Assembly (NCBI GenBank): GCA_031962025.1 | Contig: JAVRKW010000001.1 | Direction: 5' to 3' (one strand) | Length of the DNA stretch: 64,000 bases | Origin: Pseudothermotoga sp. | GTDB lineage: Bacteria; Thermotogota; Thermotogae; Thermotogales; DSM-5069 | Shown: piece after piece, positions 63,176-64,000 of the stretch | How positions within the stretch are numbered: position 1 is the first letter of the stretch | Layout of the letters: each line of letters opens with the position of its first letter | Translations under genes and position numbers: made by a program | The notes under the pieces: model-generated | Database searches by the model: none | The model's input: the letters and a program-made list of their open reading frames with translations, nothing else | Told to the model about the DNA's origin: nothing

Positions 63176-63895
63176 CTACTCTTCCTTCCCAGGATCTCTG
63201 AACTTGTACCCCTTGCCCCTCACAGTGATTATGTACTTTGGATTGGATGGATCTTCTTCGATTTTTGTCCTGAGTCTTCTGATGTGAACATCAACGGTTC
63301 GTGTGTCGCCGTAGTAGTCATAACCCCACAATTTGTCCAGTAGAACATCTCTGCTGAAGACTTTTCCTTCATTTTCAGCCAGAAATCTCAGCAGTTCAAA
63401 TTCAAGCGGCGTGAGGCTGACTTTTTGTCCAAACACTCTAACTTCGTATCTTTCAACATCGATTTCTAATCCCTTTGCAATTATCTTCTTTGGTCTTTCC
63501 TCTCTTTCCTGAACGCTGAGTTGAATTCTCCTGAAAACAGCTTTGATTCTTGCTATCATTTCTCTGATGCTGAAGGGTTTTGTGATGTAGTCATCAGCAC
63601 CAAGCTCCAGACCAAGGACCTTATCGAATTCCTCACCTTTTGCACTGAGAAATACTACGGGTGTGTTCTTGTACTTCTCGGTGCTTCTCAGTTGTCTGAC
63701 GAGCTCAAACCCATCCATCCCAGGTAGCATGATGTCGACAATGAACATGTCCACCGGTTCATTCGTTGCAACTTTGAGTGCTTCCTCGGCTTCGTAGGCT
63801 TTCAAGACGTCGTAGCCTTCGCGAGCCAAATTGTAGCTTACCAGTTCAATGATTGATGGATCATCATCCACGACAAGAATTTTCTTTTTCGCCAT
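63176..63895 (-). CDS. OmpR/PhoB-family response regulator (DrrA-like)
   Basis: VVDDD, DIMLP, GADDYITKPF, RTVDVHIRRLR, TVRGKGY; ATG at 63895. Confidence 0.94.
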   Translation of the reverse strand: MAKKKILVVDDDPSIIELVSYNLAREGYDVLKAYEAEEALKVATNEPVDMFIVDIMLPGMDGFELVRQLRSTEKYKNTPVVFLSAKGEEFDKVLGLELGADDYITKPFSIREMIARIKAVFRRIQLSVQEREERPKKIIAKGLEIDVERYEVRVFGQKVSLTPLEFELLRFLAENEGKVFSRDVLLDKLWGYDYYGDTRTVDVHIRRLRTKIEEDPSNPKYIITVRGKGYKFRDPGKEE

Positions 63896-63961
63896 ATCTA
63901 CACCCTCTTCGGGTACACCTCCTTTTTGGAAAATCAGTTTTGAAATCCACACCGTGTTAAC

Positions 63962-63990
63962 ATTATAACAGAAACTCTGAGAATTGTAAC
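63962..63990 (-). promoter_or_regulatory. Sigma70-type promoter of the regulator-kinase operon
   Basis: GTTACA-17 nt-TATAAT with TG extension (TGTTATAAT). Confidence 0.6.
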
Positions 63991-64000
63991 ATGGATTCTT

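Overview
64-kb chromosomal window from a member of the Thermotogota. The gene order and content (dnaE-rluD-lspA-cheR, dnaX-ybaB-gap-pgk/tpi, drrA-hpkA-pdp-EF-G2) recall Thermotoga/Pseudothermotoga; this taxonomy is an inference. Most of the window is housekeeping and metabolism: a five-gene NuoE/NuoF-like (HydBC/Hnd-type) flavoprotein operon with no catalytic subunit, Sua5, MgtE, Csp, a GH4 glycosidase, a GGDEF protein, ProC, TrpB2, an S9 peptidase, an MMPL exporter, a nucleoside ABC/salvage operon, a short DnaE, two two-component systems, PglF/WecA, glycolysis genes and EF-G2. The most novel-looking element is a five-gene minus-strand operon at 13.8-19.7 kb. It encodes two paralogous Sec-secreted subunits with a pilin/WxL-like C-terminal strand, a two-repeat PapD/DUF916-like chaperone, a secretin, and a degenerate-secretin/beta-barrel fusion. 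This looks like a 'chaperone-secretin' surface-fibre system with no usher, and it is preceded by six hexamers spaced exactly 11 bp apart. Non-coding signals read directly from the sequence include a Trp-Trp-Trp leader-peptide attenuator upstream of trpB2, the -1 frameshift joining pgk to tpi, a Pro-Pro-stop uORF in front of mgtE, two Rex-like operators and a chimeric deletion scar made of two dehydrogenase remnants. No rRNA, tRNA, CRISPR array or mobile element was recognised.
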